64,000 nt of DNA from Eledone cirrhosa (lineage: Eukaryota). The notes beneath the pieces are model-generated. The model saw only the letters and a list, made by a program, of their open reading frames with translations, was not told where the DNA came from and did not search any database. Below are positions 1 to 11,504 of this stretch, piece by piece. Each line of letters begins with the position of its first letter. The stretch's first letter is position 1. Location: assembly GCA_964016885.1 (NCBI GenBank), contig OZ024743.1, positions 33,480,001 through 33,544,000 of the forward strand, in the 5' to 3' direction. A program made the position numbers and the translations under genes.

Positions 1-510
1 GATCATCTGTAGTGTGTGTGTGCGTGTATGTATGTGCATGTTTGACATTTTTGAGAAATGTTCATTTGAAAAGTGTGTGTGTGCTTGACATATTTTTGAG
101 AAATGTTAATGTGTATGTGCATCAATTTTTCTAGTTCTAGTATTTGGAACCAAGGGTATTGATGAAATGTTAGCCATAATCTAAATTTATCAATACTGTT
201 CAATGCAATGTTGAGAATAACGATTTCTGAATGAATACAAACCACTACTAATCTAATGTTTTCGTTAAATATATCATCACATATTATTGGTACTCGTGCT
301 TGTCTGTCAATAAAAATTTGGATTCATTTATCAACTTCAATTGTTATTTGTATATGTATAAATTATTCAGTGACTTTGAAGTGGAGAATTCAATTCTTGT
401 GCATAAAGGTCTTAGTTCAATCATCCAATAGCTACATATTCTTATATTTCTTAACTTGTCAGAGAAACCTTATTAGCAGCTTCTGTAGTGTCTATTTTTA
501 AGATCTAAGT

Positions 511-565
511 ATAAGAATATAGTTTAAGGATTTTGTGATAAGAATATAGTTTAAGGATTTTGTGA
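511..565. repeat. 27-bp tandem duplication
   Basis: ataagaatatagtttaaggattttgtg occurs twice back to back. Confidence 0.9.
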
Positions 566-660
566 CTATTTTTCTCATAAGATACTTTGTATTTCGATTA
601 CTTACTCAAGAATTTGGAGAGATTTACTAACATTCATTATTTCATTATTAACCCTTTTGA

Positions 661-860
661 GGGTGGTGGATTGGCAGTCCTTAGTGCATTGGACATACTA
701 AGTGTTTCTTCTGGCTCTTTACTCTTTGAGTTCAAATCCTCCCGATGTCAACTTTGCCCTTCATCCTTCTAAGGTTGATAAAATAAAGTACCAGTTAAGT
801 ACTAGGGATATTTGACTTTCCTTTCCCTTAAATTGCTGACCCTTTGCCAAAATAAATCAT
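661..860 (+). mobile_element. Degenerate tRNA-derived SINE, family M (Meta/MESC-like central domain)
   Basis: A-box-like ggattggcag, B-box gagttcaaatcc, central ctttgcccttcatccttctaaggttgataaaataaagtaccag shared with other copies in the window. Confidence 0.75.
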
Positions 861-2055
861 TATTCACCCTTGATACCTACCCAACCAAACTTGGTTTTGG
901 TCCGATAGCCCCACCCCACCCCCGTATTTGTTTATTTTACATTTTAATAAAAATCTCCCAGCATAATTTTATATAAGAACTAGGTTGTCTTTGCAATGAA
1001 AAAAAAAAAAATATTGTAGTAAATCCCTCAAAACACTTTTTTATTAGAAATATAGTCATGAAAGTGTGAAGTATTTATGGAAACTATTATATTGACAGAA
1101 ACTGAACAAGTTCTTATGACTACAACGGGTCCAAAAGGTAGTATTTTAGGGGTCTGAAAAAAGATATCTTAAGCTTGAAAGGAAGAAATCAAAGAAAGCA
1201 GTTTGTTAAAAAATTCCCTGGGGAATAAGAAATCTAAAGAAATACATGATAAAAGCAATAACAACCACAACAGAATCATTTAAATAATTTTATTCACACT
1301 TTCACACTAGAATATTGTCTCCAGTATATTTTCCCTGAGTGTGTGGAGGTATAGGGCTGCAGTTGGGTGTATGTACACAAAACATACATACTATATATAT
1401 ATATATGTGCATGCATCCGGTCATATAAGACTTGCCAAACAAAGGGTTTGGGGGAACCTCCAGTTTCGTCCAAAGCATGGCAACCTCCCTAGTATTGATC
1501 TACAAAATAAAATAGTGGTTAGTTCTGCAACCAATATGGATGATGATGGTTGGAAATAGTAAATGCTGCCATTCAACCTCTTGTCTAGTATAGGTGATGG
1601 TGCTTTAAGTCATCAATCATCATCATCACCGTTTTACGACCGTTCTTCCACGCTGGCATAGGTTAGACAGGTTGTCCTGTTGTGGGCAGTGTCCGGTTGG
1701 CTGACCTTGTCTTGCTCATACTGGAACTTATTCTGGCTTAATTTCTACAGCTGGATGTCCTTCCTAATACGTACCTCATTTAAGTAGTTCTCATAATAGC
1801 CAAAAATATGTTTATTTGGTATGTAAATAAAAATGACATAATATAATTTTATTAAAAACATTAAAATTTAGCATTCAGTCCACAAAATATTGTTTTTATT
1901 TAAATTCATAACAAATAGCACAATAAAATCATTCTTTACTATTCAATAAAAAAAGGATAATGATTATTTCTTAATCCAATAATTTAATGAAAGTACACAA
2001 ACATTGAATCCCTTATTTATGTGATGGAAAACAAATTAAATATTGTTGCTATTAT

Positions 2056-2212
2056 GTGGATTGGCAGTATCGGTAGAGTGTCGGACGCCATGCTTTGACG
2101 CATAGTTACGGCCCTTGCCATTCTGAGTTCAAATCCCGCCGAGGTCAATAAAATAAAGTACCAGTAATGCACTGGGTAATTGCTGGCCTTGTGTCAAAAG
2201 TAGAAACAATTA
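2056..2212 (+). mobile_element. tRNA-derived SINE, family M, internally deleted
   Basis: Head ggattggcagtatcggtagag...gagttcaaatcccgccgagg and tail ggccttgtgtcaaaagtagaaacaatt match the 47733 copy. Confidence 0.85.
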
Positions 2213-2627
2213 TTATACCATATTGTAAAGTGGATTACCACACTGTTGTCTGTAAGTTGTTTCATGTAATGTTTCCCTTGATAAGCCTCCAAACGTGTTT
2301 TGCATTGGAAAATTTATCTGATGAAATTATATGGACAAAATAATGTGTACATGCTGGGGTGTGTTTAATTATTTTGTTGATGCATGTGATTAAATTAAAT
2401 AGAGAATTAAGAGTTCATTAAAGTGAGTGAAAGTGTTTAACAGCTATCAAAGGATTTGTTTACATGTAATTTTTATGGAGGAAAGTATAAGGTTTAGTTT
2501 AGAATATTTTGATGGAAATTATCTAAATCAAGTAATGAGCTAACAATGTTATAAATGGAATGGAGATGTGACCTAATGAAAATCATTCATGAGTATTAAT
2601 AATAATTTAGAGAAATATAATTAGTCA

Positions 2628-2908
2628 TTTCGTTACCACATTTCTAATGAACACTGCCTATAATTTTCAAAACATTTTGAAAATAGTCAAAAATTTGTAA
2701 GGACTGAGTAATATAGTTTTTCTTGTTATTCTTATTTTCATCATCATCATCATCTTCGTTTAACGTCCATCTTCCACGCTAGCATAGGTTAGACGGGTTA
2801 TGCTGATTGAAACAACAAAGGTGCTTATAAAATTATGATATAAAAGTTTTAAATAAATATAAACACTTTAAAATGAATAGTTGATCAGGCAGTTTAGTAT
2901 CAAAAGAG
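2628..2908 (+). mobile_element. piggyBac-type MITE family A, interrupted by a short RTE tail (~2738-2800)
   Basis: Starts tttcgttaccacatttctaatga, ends gtatcaaaagag followed by TTAA; (cat)n-tailed insert inside. Confidence 0.6.
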
Positions 2909-3759
2909 TTAAAATTAAAGAGCCTAGAAAACCCTTTTCAATTAAGTTCATATGGAAATGTTTAAATGTTTGTTGTCTGAATTACCCAATGGCCGAAAAT
3001 GAATTTTCAGCTTATATTTTAGATATAAATACATATTAATAAGAATAAGAATACAATAGCTTCATCTAAGAAATAGTACAAAATATTTTTTTCTGTTTTG
3101 TGTTAAAAGCTGACTGCATTACAAAAAAAATTATAATTATAAAGGAAAAAAATATTTTAAATTCGGAAATAAAACAAAATAAACATAAAACATTTTATTA
3201 CCAAATAACAGTTGATAACTAAAATATATCTTTTTTTCAATATTTTTTGTGATAGATTTTTTTCTTTTCGTTTCATCTCTTATTCGAATTATGTTTGACC
3301 TATTTTATTTTATTTTTTAAATCTTCTTTGTGCTTGATTTCAACTTTTTAAATATTCAAACATTGCCAAATGTTCAAAATCTTTTTGGAAGAGGAATTTT
3401 GCCAGGCTTTAATAGAAACTGTTAATTTTTTTTTTTTAATTGCAAGTTTTTTTTTTATACTTCAGAATGTAATAATCAATCAGATCAATTTGTCATTAAA
3501 AGGCTAATTTCATCATTTCAGTACTTTTGTTGAAACAAATTAGCATGCTATATCATCTTTTTATGGAAAGTTCACTTACTATTCTCTCTCGACCTGGTCT
3601 AAATTTTATCTGTGACAATATCTTTAATCAGTAGAGAAATTTTCTTTTAGAATTAAAGCTTTTGATGATATACTCTTGATCATTATAAAGATGAAATTAA
3701 TATAGTATTATATATATATATATATGCGCACATACATATACACACATACATGTATGTAT

Positions 3760-3970
3760 GTCAGGTTGGTATTAAGCGCTACTGATAACATGTATTCCAG
3801 TTCAACCTGTTGCATGGTGGGGTCATCGACAACTAAACTGGCATTCCCATCAAAGGCCGGAGGAACTCGTAAGAATCAACAGCCATCCAAAAATCAAAAG
3901 CTGAAGATGAATCAGTTGCTGGTCCTAACCTTTGTTGAGCCATTGGTTTTTCCTACTGGTTTTGTCTGAA
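3760..3970 (+). mobile_element. 5' fragment related to the RTE-derived element at 59432
   Basis: gtcagg...gctactgataacatgtattccagttcaacctg...actaaactggca closely parallels 59432-59520; follows a TA/CA/TG microsatellite. Confidence 0.6.
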
Positions 3971-4472
3971 AAGTGGGCATTGGTCTGAGCACTATAATTA
4001 AATTCATATGCAGGAACTTAAGACCATTGTATGTATGTATAATCACTCATATATTTATCATCATCACTGTCATTTATTGATTTACTTGCCCTTTGAGAGA
4101 TTACATATATCAAGAAAATGATCTCTTCTAATCCATTCTTAATCAAGATGGTTTGCACATATTATTAAAAGTTCTACAGATGCTGCAATAATTAACAATT
4201 GCTTCTTGCATACTCAATTCTTAGGTAGCTGAAATAAATGGTTTATAGCATTTGTCTGTAAATGATTAATGAGCAGTGAAGGTAATTATATTCATTGGGT
4301 CAGGCAACAGCATGATTGGTCTTCAACTGGCAAGCCCTTGGTAAATAGGTTTAACTAATAATGTTCATGTTACAAATCTATTATACATGCAGTGCAATAT
4401 GCAATATTTGTATTATAAGATTAAATGTTTTGCAGCTCAGTATTTTTTTTTTTTTAAAACTATAAACATTAA

Positions 4473-4813
4473 GGCACATGGCATAGTGGTTAGAGCATTG
4501 GCCTTGCAATCGAAAGGTTGTGAGTTCAATTCTCAGACCGGGTGATGTGTTGTTTACTTGAGCAAGACACTTTATTTCAAATTGCTCCAATTTACTCAGC
4601 TGTAGAAATGAGATGATAGCGACTGGGGTCCCTATCATTCCACTGTAAAGTGGTCGTGGAGGTGCCACGGCAAAAAAGCACCCAGCACTCACTGTAAATG
4701 AGGTTGGTGTTAGGAAGGGCATCCAGCTGTAGAAATCAAGCCAGAATCAGTTCCCGTCCCACCCTTGCAAGCAGGGAAAAAGCGGACGTAAAATGAAATG
4801 ATGATGATGATGA
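4473..4813 (+). mobile_element. Full-length tRNA-derived SINE, family C (CORE-like middle, RTE-derived 3' tail)
   Basis: Head tggcatagtggttagagc...gtgagttcaattc; middle ttgagcaagacacttt; tail cccacccttgcaagcagggaaaaagcggacgtaaaatga(atg)n shared with the LINE end at 53868-53913. Confidence 0.85.
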
Positions 4814-4900
4814 TTAACCCTTTCATTACATATTTCTAATGAAAAAAACTACCTCTGATTTTAAAATCCCTTTGAAAATAAAGATTTGGGAGGGGTTTAA

Positions 4901-6840
4901 CCCTTTCATTACCATATTTCTAACCAAAATACACCCCTTATGTGTTTCAATTAATTTCTAACATAATCATAAATTTAGTCTGGTGTCATTAAACAACTCT
5001 AACTTTTTTATTTATCAACATATTAATGTGATTTTTGGAAGAAAATTTAACGAAAGATTCTCAACCAATTCTATTCCATAATTTTTGTCTCAAAGTGACT
5101 CTAATTACAGATAAATACAGGTAAATTGAACAAAATATAATTTATGGAGATCGGCTGAATTCAGAGGGATATCTCTCTGGCAGGCTTTGGTTTTTCTACC
5201 TACAGTTATTTTTTTTTAGGAATAACCAGCTCTTAATTGTGTTGCTACATCTGCTCGGAACTGCAGATGGTCGCATCGCTTTCGAGCCGGTCCCGATTTG
5301 GTATATAGTATAAACGCATTAGTAATACTCATATTTACTATATACCAAACCAGGTATCACCACCATTTATTTCCCGATCTGCCAACTGAATAATAAGACA
5401 TCATCTGATTCATCCGATCTACACCACCCATGTACCTGTTATAATCGAGATTCACAAATGGGGTGCCATTTTCATCCACATGTGGCCGTGCACAGGTAGA
5501 CAGAAAATTGATCTGCCTCTTATCTCTGTATGCGGTCGCTAGCAAATTTCCTTTCTGCTGTTGAATTATTTTTACTTTATATCCAACAGCAGTCCTTTTC
5601 TATTAGCGATCACTGTAGCACATGTATGTGTTGCCGCAAGTTTGACGGAACTGAAAAACCAGTCAAAAAATAATATACGACCCTGGTTATGGTATGGAAG
5701 TGATAAATTTCAGACCACATCATACCCTAGGCCATGGTGACTTACATAATTGTCTCTTTTGCCAGTATAAAATTCAAATCCAGAGCAGTACCCAGTATTG
5801 GATTCGCAAATCTTCCAAACTTTCATCCCCCATTTTGTGGGCTTTCCTGGCATATATTGTTGAAAACGCACTCGGCCTTTATAGCCCACCATACCCTCAT
5901 CGATAGATAAATATCGACCTGGTTTGTAAACTGTTTTATATGTGTTTTGAACACAATCAATGAGGGGTCTTATTTTAAATAAGGGATCATAGTTTGGTTC
6001 TCCACGTACTGGTGTACTGCTCGTGTCTCTTACATGTAAATAGTGCGTCAATTTTAAAAACTGTGTCCTCGTCCTTATACTTGAGACATATTCGTCTCCA
6101 AAGGGTTCATTGGTACTCCAGTAATTTGTAATTCTGGGTAGCTTTCTAATGCCCATAATAATATTTATGGCAAAATAAGCCCTAATTTCATTTAAGCTTG
6201 TGGGAAACCACAAACTATCCTTTTTTTTTGGTTTGTTTCCGCCGTAATAATTTCAAACAAGCTCATAGTAAAAGGAAATAGTCTAAAGCTTTGCTCTCCT
6301 GGGATAGACTGTGACTTGGTCCAGTTTCTTCATAAAAATCACTGAAAGAAACAGTTTTTAAATTTTTACTCCATTCAGGTGCCAATTCATTTTCTTTATC
6401 GCTGTCATCGGAGCTCTCGGATTCACTTTCGGAAAATGAAACATCGGATTCATTATCAAATACTATGTGCTTTTTTTTTTTTCGGTTATAGAGTTAGATT
6501 TTTCAAGGTCTTCAGTAGAAAATCCTTCGAATTCTGACTCGCTGCTTGACTGAATGAAATGGGTATCCATTTTTTGTCAGAGTTAAAAATTTTCAAAATA
6601 CAACAGGAACAAATTTGGAAAAAAAATCTACAAAAATTCACAGAATTAAAATAACACGTCGATATTTGTCCGAAATTGTAGCTCAAACGTTTACGTAGTA
6701 TAATCACGTGTTTTCACGAATGTACTAACGAGATTTGCTCTGATATTCTCATTTAAATATGAATGTGTGAGTACGGGCGGTTTTGGGCGGCTTGGTCACA
6801 TGAACCAAAATTTTTTTCGGGCGGTTTGGTAACGAAAGGG
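4901..6840 (-). mobile_element. piggyBac DNA transposon with both termini and a defective transposase
   Basis: TTAA TSDs at 4897-4900 and 6841-6844; 14-bp TIRs CCCTTTCATTACCA / CCCTTTCGTTACCA; internal transposase remnants. Confidence 0.93.
5240..6570 (-). pseudogene. piggyBac (PGBD4-like) transposase pseudogene
   Basis: Probable ATG at 6570 (MDTHFIQSSSESEFEGF, acidic N-terminus); motifs YDPLFKIRPL, SIDEGMVGYKGR, QYMPGKPTKWGMKVW, YNRYMGGVDRMNQM, KWW; split by stops and frameshifts (ORF pieces 5710-6213, 5357-5545). Confidence 0.9.
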
Positions 6841-6844
6841 TTAA

Positions 6845-7016
6845 TAATTTTCTACTTTTGGCACAAGGCCAGCAATTACCCCAGTGCATTACTGGTTCTT
6901 TATTTTATTGACCCCGTAAGGATGAAAGGCAAAGTTAACCATGGCAGGGTTTGAACTCAGAAAGGAACATAACTATGCTGCAAGGCATGGTGTCTGATGT
7001 TCTACTGATACTGCCA
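6845..7016 (-). mobile_element. tRNA-derived SINE, family M
   Basis: Reverse complement of the family M tail, central domain (gaccccgtaaggatgaaaggcaaagttaacc) and head. Confidence 0.85.
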
Positions 7017-7851
7017 TAATTAAGCTGGTGTTTCAAAGTGTAAGAAAGGTTTTTGCTTTCACTGAATCTTCCATATTCTCTCTCTCTCTCTGTGTGTCAA
7101 ATATCAGTTATTTACGGTATGGTATTGACAAGGAATTTCCCAGGCACTGGTTTTAAGTCTTTTACATTATTGATATTCTTGGAAATATTTCCATGCAAAA
7201 TATCATCTTTGTTTATTTTCAAAGAACTTAAACTAGTAATGGTTAATCTGGAACAAACGACCAGAGTCAGCAAAACAGTATCAAAACTGCAGCCCATCAG
7301 ATGACAAGGTCAGAATTTATCAAATATAGTGGTGGTGGGGGGGTGACTATGACACTGTTAGTTTGTGAAAAACTTAATGGCAAAAATTATGAAAATTCTA
7401 ATTAATGGAAACAATGAAATAATGGGTTAGAAATTACCTGGACCATTACTAATAACATTAAGAAATTATCATTAGTGGCAAGGAAACCATCTCATTAAGC
7501 ATTTCAAATATTAATGAAAGAACATTAGGGACTAGTATAATCCCAGTGTGTAGTTTTCAGATCATTCATTACTTGCATGATGTCATTTATAGCTTTGATA
7601 ATTTTTAAAGATTTTTTTTTTTTCCATTAAGTCAATTTTCTTTCCTTGTATTTCTTTACTGTTTTCTGTTTATCATTAGAAACACATGGTTATACCCGGT
7701 GTTTGATCAATTGTAATCTTGTCCTCAATTAGGCAGATATTTTGACAGCGTTATGTCCATTGAGTTACCCTAACTGTTTTTGTTTCTTTTTAATTGGGTA
7801 ATTTATTTTAGGAATTCTGTGAATTATTTATATCTACTATGACTTGTTTAA

Positions 7852-8005
7852 CCCTTTAGCATTCAAACCGGTTGTATCTGGCCAGAACTCTCTCACTTCT
7901 TTCTGCAAAATCTCACATTCGATTTTATGTGGGATAATTATGTAAGATAAAGCCTTTACTGTGAAAATACAATAGTAAATATAAAATAATGTAAATGCTA
8001 ATGCG
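7852..8005 (-). mobile_element. piggyBac-type MITE family B
   Basis: TTAA on both sides; terminus ccctttagcatt; interior matches copies at 42524, 55574 and 57583. Confidence 0.8.
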
Positions 8006-8034
8006 TTAAATTTTAAAAATGATGTATTTGATAT

Positions 8035-8290
8035 TATAGGGATGTGGTTAGAATGTCTCGGGAAAGAATCGCTGGACAGATTTTAAGGGCGAAACCAACA
8101 GGTAGGAAACGCTGGGGTAGACCCCCTAGTAAGATGGTGGGATAACATTCATGAGCTTGGCTGATCACGCTTGGGTATCCAGCCGGATCAGTTGGAGATA
8201 GTTGCTTCTTATGGGACCCGCTACAGATAGTGTTCGAGGACTCTTCCACCATGACTCTCCCAGGAATAAGTGGGAAACGGTCTATGATGC
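8035..8290 (+). mobile_element. 3' end of an RTE LINE (Rex3/Expander-like)
   Basis: Translates as DVVRMSRERIAGQILRAKPTGRKRWGRP; homologous to 54725-54930. Confidence 0.7.
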
Positions 8291-8691
8291 CTTTTTATTA
8301 ATTAAAAAAACAATTATTTTCTTATTTTTCTTTGTGGCGTGTAAACTTATCTGCCCATGTATATACTAAAAAATACTTGTTTCTATTGTAAAATCTTCTA
8401 ATTATATAAATACAAGAAACTAACATCTTCTGTAGAATGCTTTGCGGTATTCATTCCGGCTCTTCTGCTGTTACTTCTATATCTGTTGCAGCTTATATTT
8501 CTTTCTCCTCTTCATCACTACACTGATTTCTGTACGCCCCTCATCTGTCATGTACATGCTATCACACAAAGAAGGTATAATGATCACTTATTTCGGTTTA
8601 GTCAGCATTGACAGACGCAACTCATTTTCCTGTCCTCTCAAGAAAGCCTACCCAGTGCCCTCTACATGTGGATGGAGTTTTTACTGAAGCA

Positions 8692-8852
8692 GTTGGAGAT
8701 TTCAAGAGCGATGGAAGGTAGGAGTCTGAATTGAGTACAAGAATTGCAGGAACTGGTGTAGTAATGCACCACCAGCTTCAACATTTGGTCATCAGAACGG
8801 ACATAGGTGTAAAAGCTAAACTTGCTATCTTCAATTTAATATTTGTTCCAAC
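8692..8852 (+). mobile_element. RTE (Rex3-like) RT fragment
   Basis: FKSDGR*ESELSTRIAGTGVVM...KAKLAIFNLIFVPT; homologous to 54298-54380. Confidence 0.6.
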
Positions 8853-11504
8853 CCATAACTATATTTCATTACACACACAAGCCATCATATAAGATATATT
8901 CATTCAAGGTGCATGTGTTTAAAAAAATGTTTATCGAAAGCCAGTCCCAATGATGTTGGCCGGGTGTTAGACATCCGCTATCCTAACCCTAACATTTTAA
9001 CTTTATTTGTTGTTTTTTGGGAAATGTTTCCAACAGAGTAAAAAGAAACTCTACCTACGATTTGGGTACTGGTCTTTCACTGAATATGGGAAATCTAAAA
9101 CATTGTTTCATGAAGTTTAGAGTAGCGAAGATTTGAGCTTTGGTTCGAATTGACGCACCTTAATATTAATGGGACGATATATATTTTTAGATATTCCTTT
9201 ATAACCATGCTAAATTAAAAGCTAACTACGATATAATCTCTATTGTTGAACCTGTTAGCATTTACGGGTTAAAATGAACTATAGGGAATCGTTAAGTTAC
9301 CAACATTTTTTTGTTGCCGTTTCGAACATAACACTTGTGATGTGTGATTGAGTGTATAAGTCTTCTCCCCACCAGCTCTTTTCTTTTCATATATATATTT
9401 ATGACATTACATTTATATAGAGGTGGTGAATTGGCTGAGTTATTAGTAGATATAAAGGCAGCATTGACACTAACATATGTGACTCATTGTCTTTTCCATT
9501 TTCAGCAAAATTTGACTAAAATTTTGTAAATAAGTATGTTTTGCAACTATATTTGGCCACATGCATGCACACACACATGCCTGTCTATCAATATTTTGTT
9601 TACGCAGAACAAAATCACAATTAGATTTCCCCTAGAGACTATATAGAGAGATCTACACAGTTTATATGTGCTGATTGGACTTTTGAGACTATCTTTAAGA
9701 TTCAAAACCTGAGATGATTGTAAACAACATTTTTGCATGTTTTACAACAAAGGAAATAAGTAAATCACTATTCATTAAGTGGTTATGATTATAGTATACC
9801 ACATCCAACAAATTTTCATTTAACTCTTTTGATACCAACTTTAGTTCTATGATACGGAGCTGTTTGTTTTAAAGCTTTTATATTTAACTAAAATGTTTTC
9901 ATAATAATTGAACCTTTCTTATGTTATTTTGATAACAGTTTAATAATTATGTGATATATATTACTAAATCTCTTCAAACTTTTGAATATTTGGCATTAGG
10001 AAGGACATCCAGCTACAGAAAACATGCCAAAAATGGAAAATATGAGCAAGACAGGATTCTCCAACTCATCAGCCCGTGCCAGCTTAGAAACCGGATGTGA
10101 CAATATATAATATAATAAATTATGTGATATAGAACATTTAGTATGTATACTTGGTGTATATAAATATTTCGTTTGTTGAGAATAGCCAAGGAAGTCCAAG
10201 ATTTAACACTATTTGTTTCTTAACGAAGGTTAATTGAAATCATTCAAAACACAATCTGAGATAGAAGAGATTTTATTAAAAATTCTGAGTCAGTCACTAA
10301 TATGATTGTTTTTCTTTTTTTTTCTTTTCTACTCCTTTTCCTCTCATATGTATCATTTATTTTCTTTTACTTTCACCTTGCCATTTCCACTTATTCTCAG
10401 TTACATAACTTCTTATTTTACTTCTTTGATATTAAACCTTTTAATCTGTTATCTCCTGCCTCACACATTTATTATCATCATATAAATTCTTGTAGATTAT
10501 CTAGCTTCATTTCCTATACTCTGTATATCTTGCAGCTTCAGTATTTCCAGACATCCTTTGTCATATCTTCCTCTCTTTCTTAAATACACTGCTCACTTTC
10601 TTTACTCACTTTCTTACTTTCTCCAAATATGTATGTGTGGGAGACACACAGGACAAAGACAATGGAAGAATGGACAGTCCCATCTCATCAATCTCTGGAA
10701 ATTACTTTGTATGCAAAAGGTAAACAAAACACAATACTATGAAGAAATATATTAGTTTAACGCTTGATATAGTAGGAAAAACATCTTTATTTTTCAGACT
10801 CTAGTTCTTCATCAGAAGATAGAATGAGAAATAAAAGATGAAAAATTGAGAAGAGGAAGAAACAGAACTACATTAAAAAATATAGATGCCATGTTTGAGA
10901 AAATATCAGATATGTGCCTTATCACCTGTAGAATAAACTAAAAAAATTCAGGGAATAATTCTGAGCATTTATTATAAAATACTGAATGACACATATATAC
11001 ATACATATGTATATATCGAGTGATATAGATGCACAAAACATATGAAACTTTACAGGAGATAATAGAATGTAAGAACACATAGTTCTGTAGAGTAACATTA
11101 ACATTTTACAAAAAACATTATTTCAGGATCTAAGCCGAGTGAAGTATATCGATGTAAAAGGACATAAGAAAATCTGCTTCGTAGAACCAAGACGTATCTG
11201 AGGACCTTGCAATTTTCAGAGTCCAGTTCGATCATCACATCGATAGTGCATCGAGCTGGTTGCCAGAGAAATGATTGTAATATCTCCAATAAATTCCATT
11301 CATCGCAACACTGATTCTTTTATGAGAGCATAGTGCTCATATGGCCTACCGCATACGGACGCTTTAAGCATCCAACACCAATTATATATATATACACACG
11401 CACGCACGCACACACACACACGAGCGGAAAAGCGAATTTAAAAATAATGATATATATAACACATACATGTAGCTAATTAGACACAGTTAATCAATTAGTA
11501 CACA

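Noticed and set aside
4473-4545. tRNA gene
   Set aside because: tRNA-like SINE head continuing into SINE body and tail; same for 45204 and the family M heads
5357-6213. Domesticated PGBD gene
   Set aside because: Multiple stops and frameshifts, and still bounded by TIRs and TTAA TSDs
8981-8993. Telomeric (CCCTAA)n
   Set aside because: Only about two units
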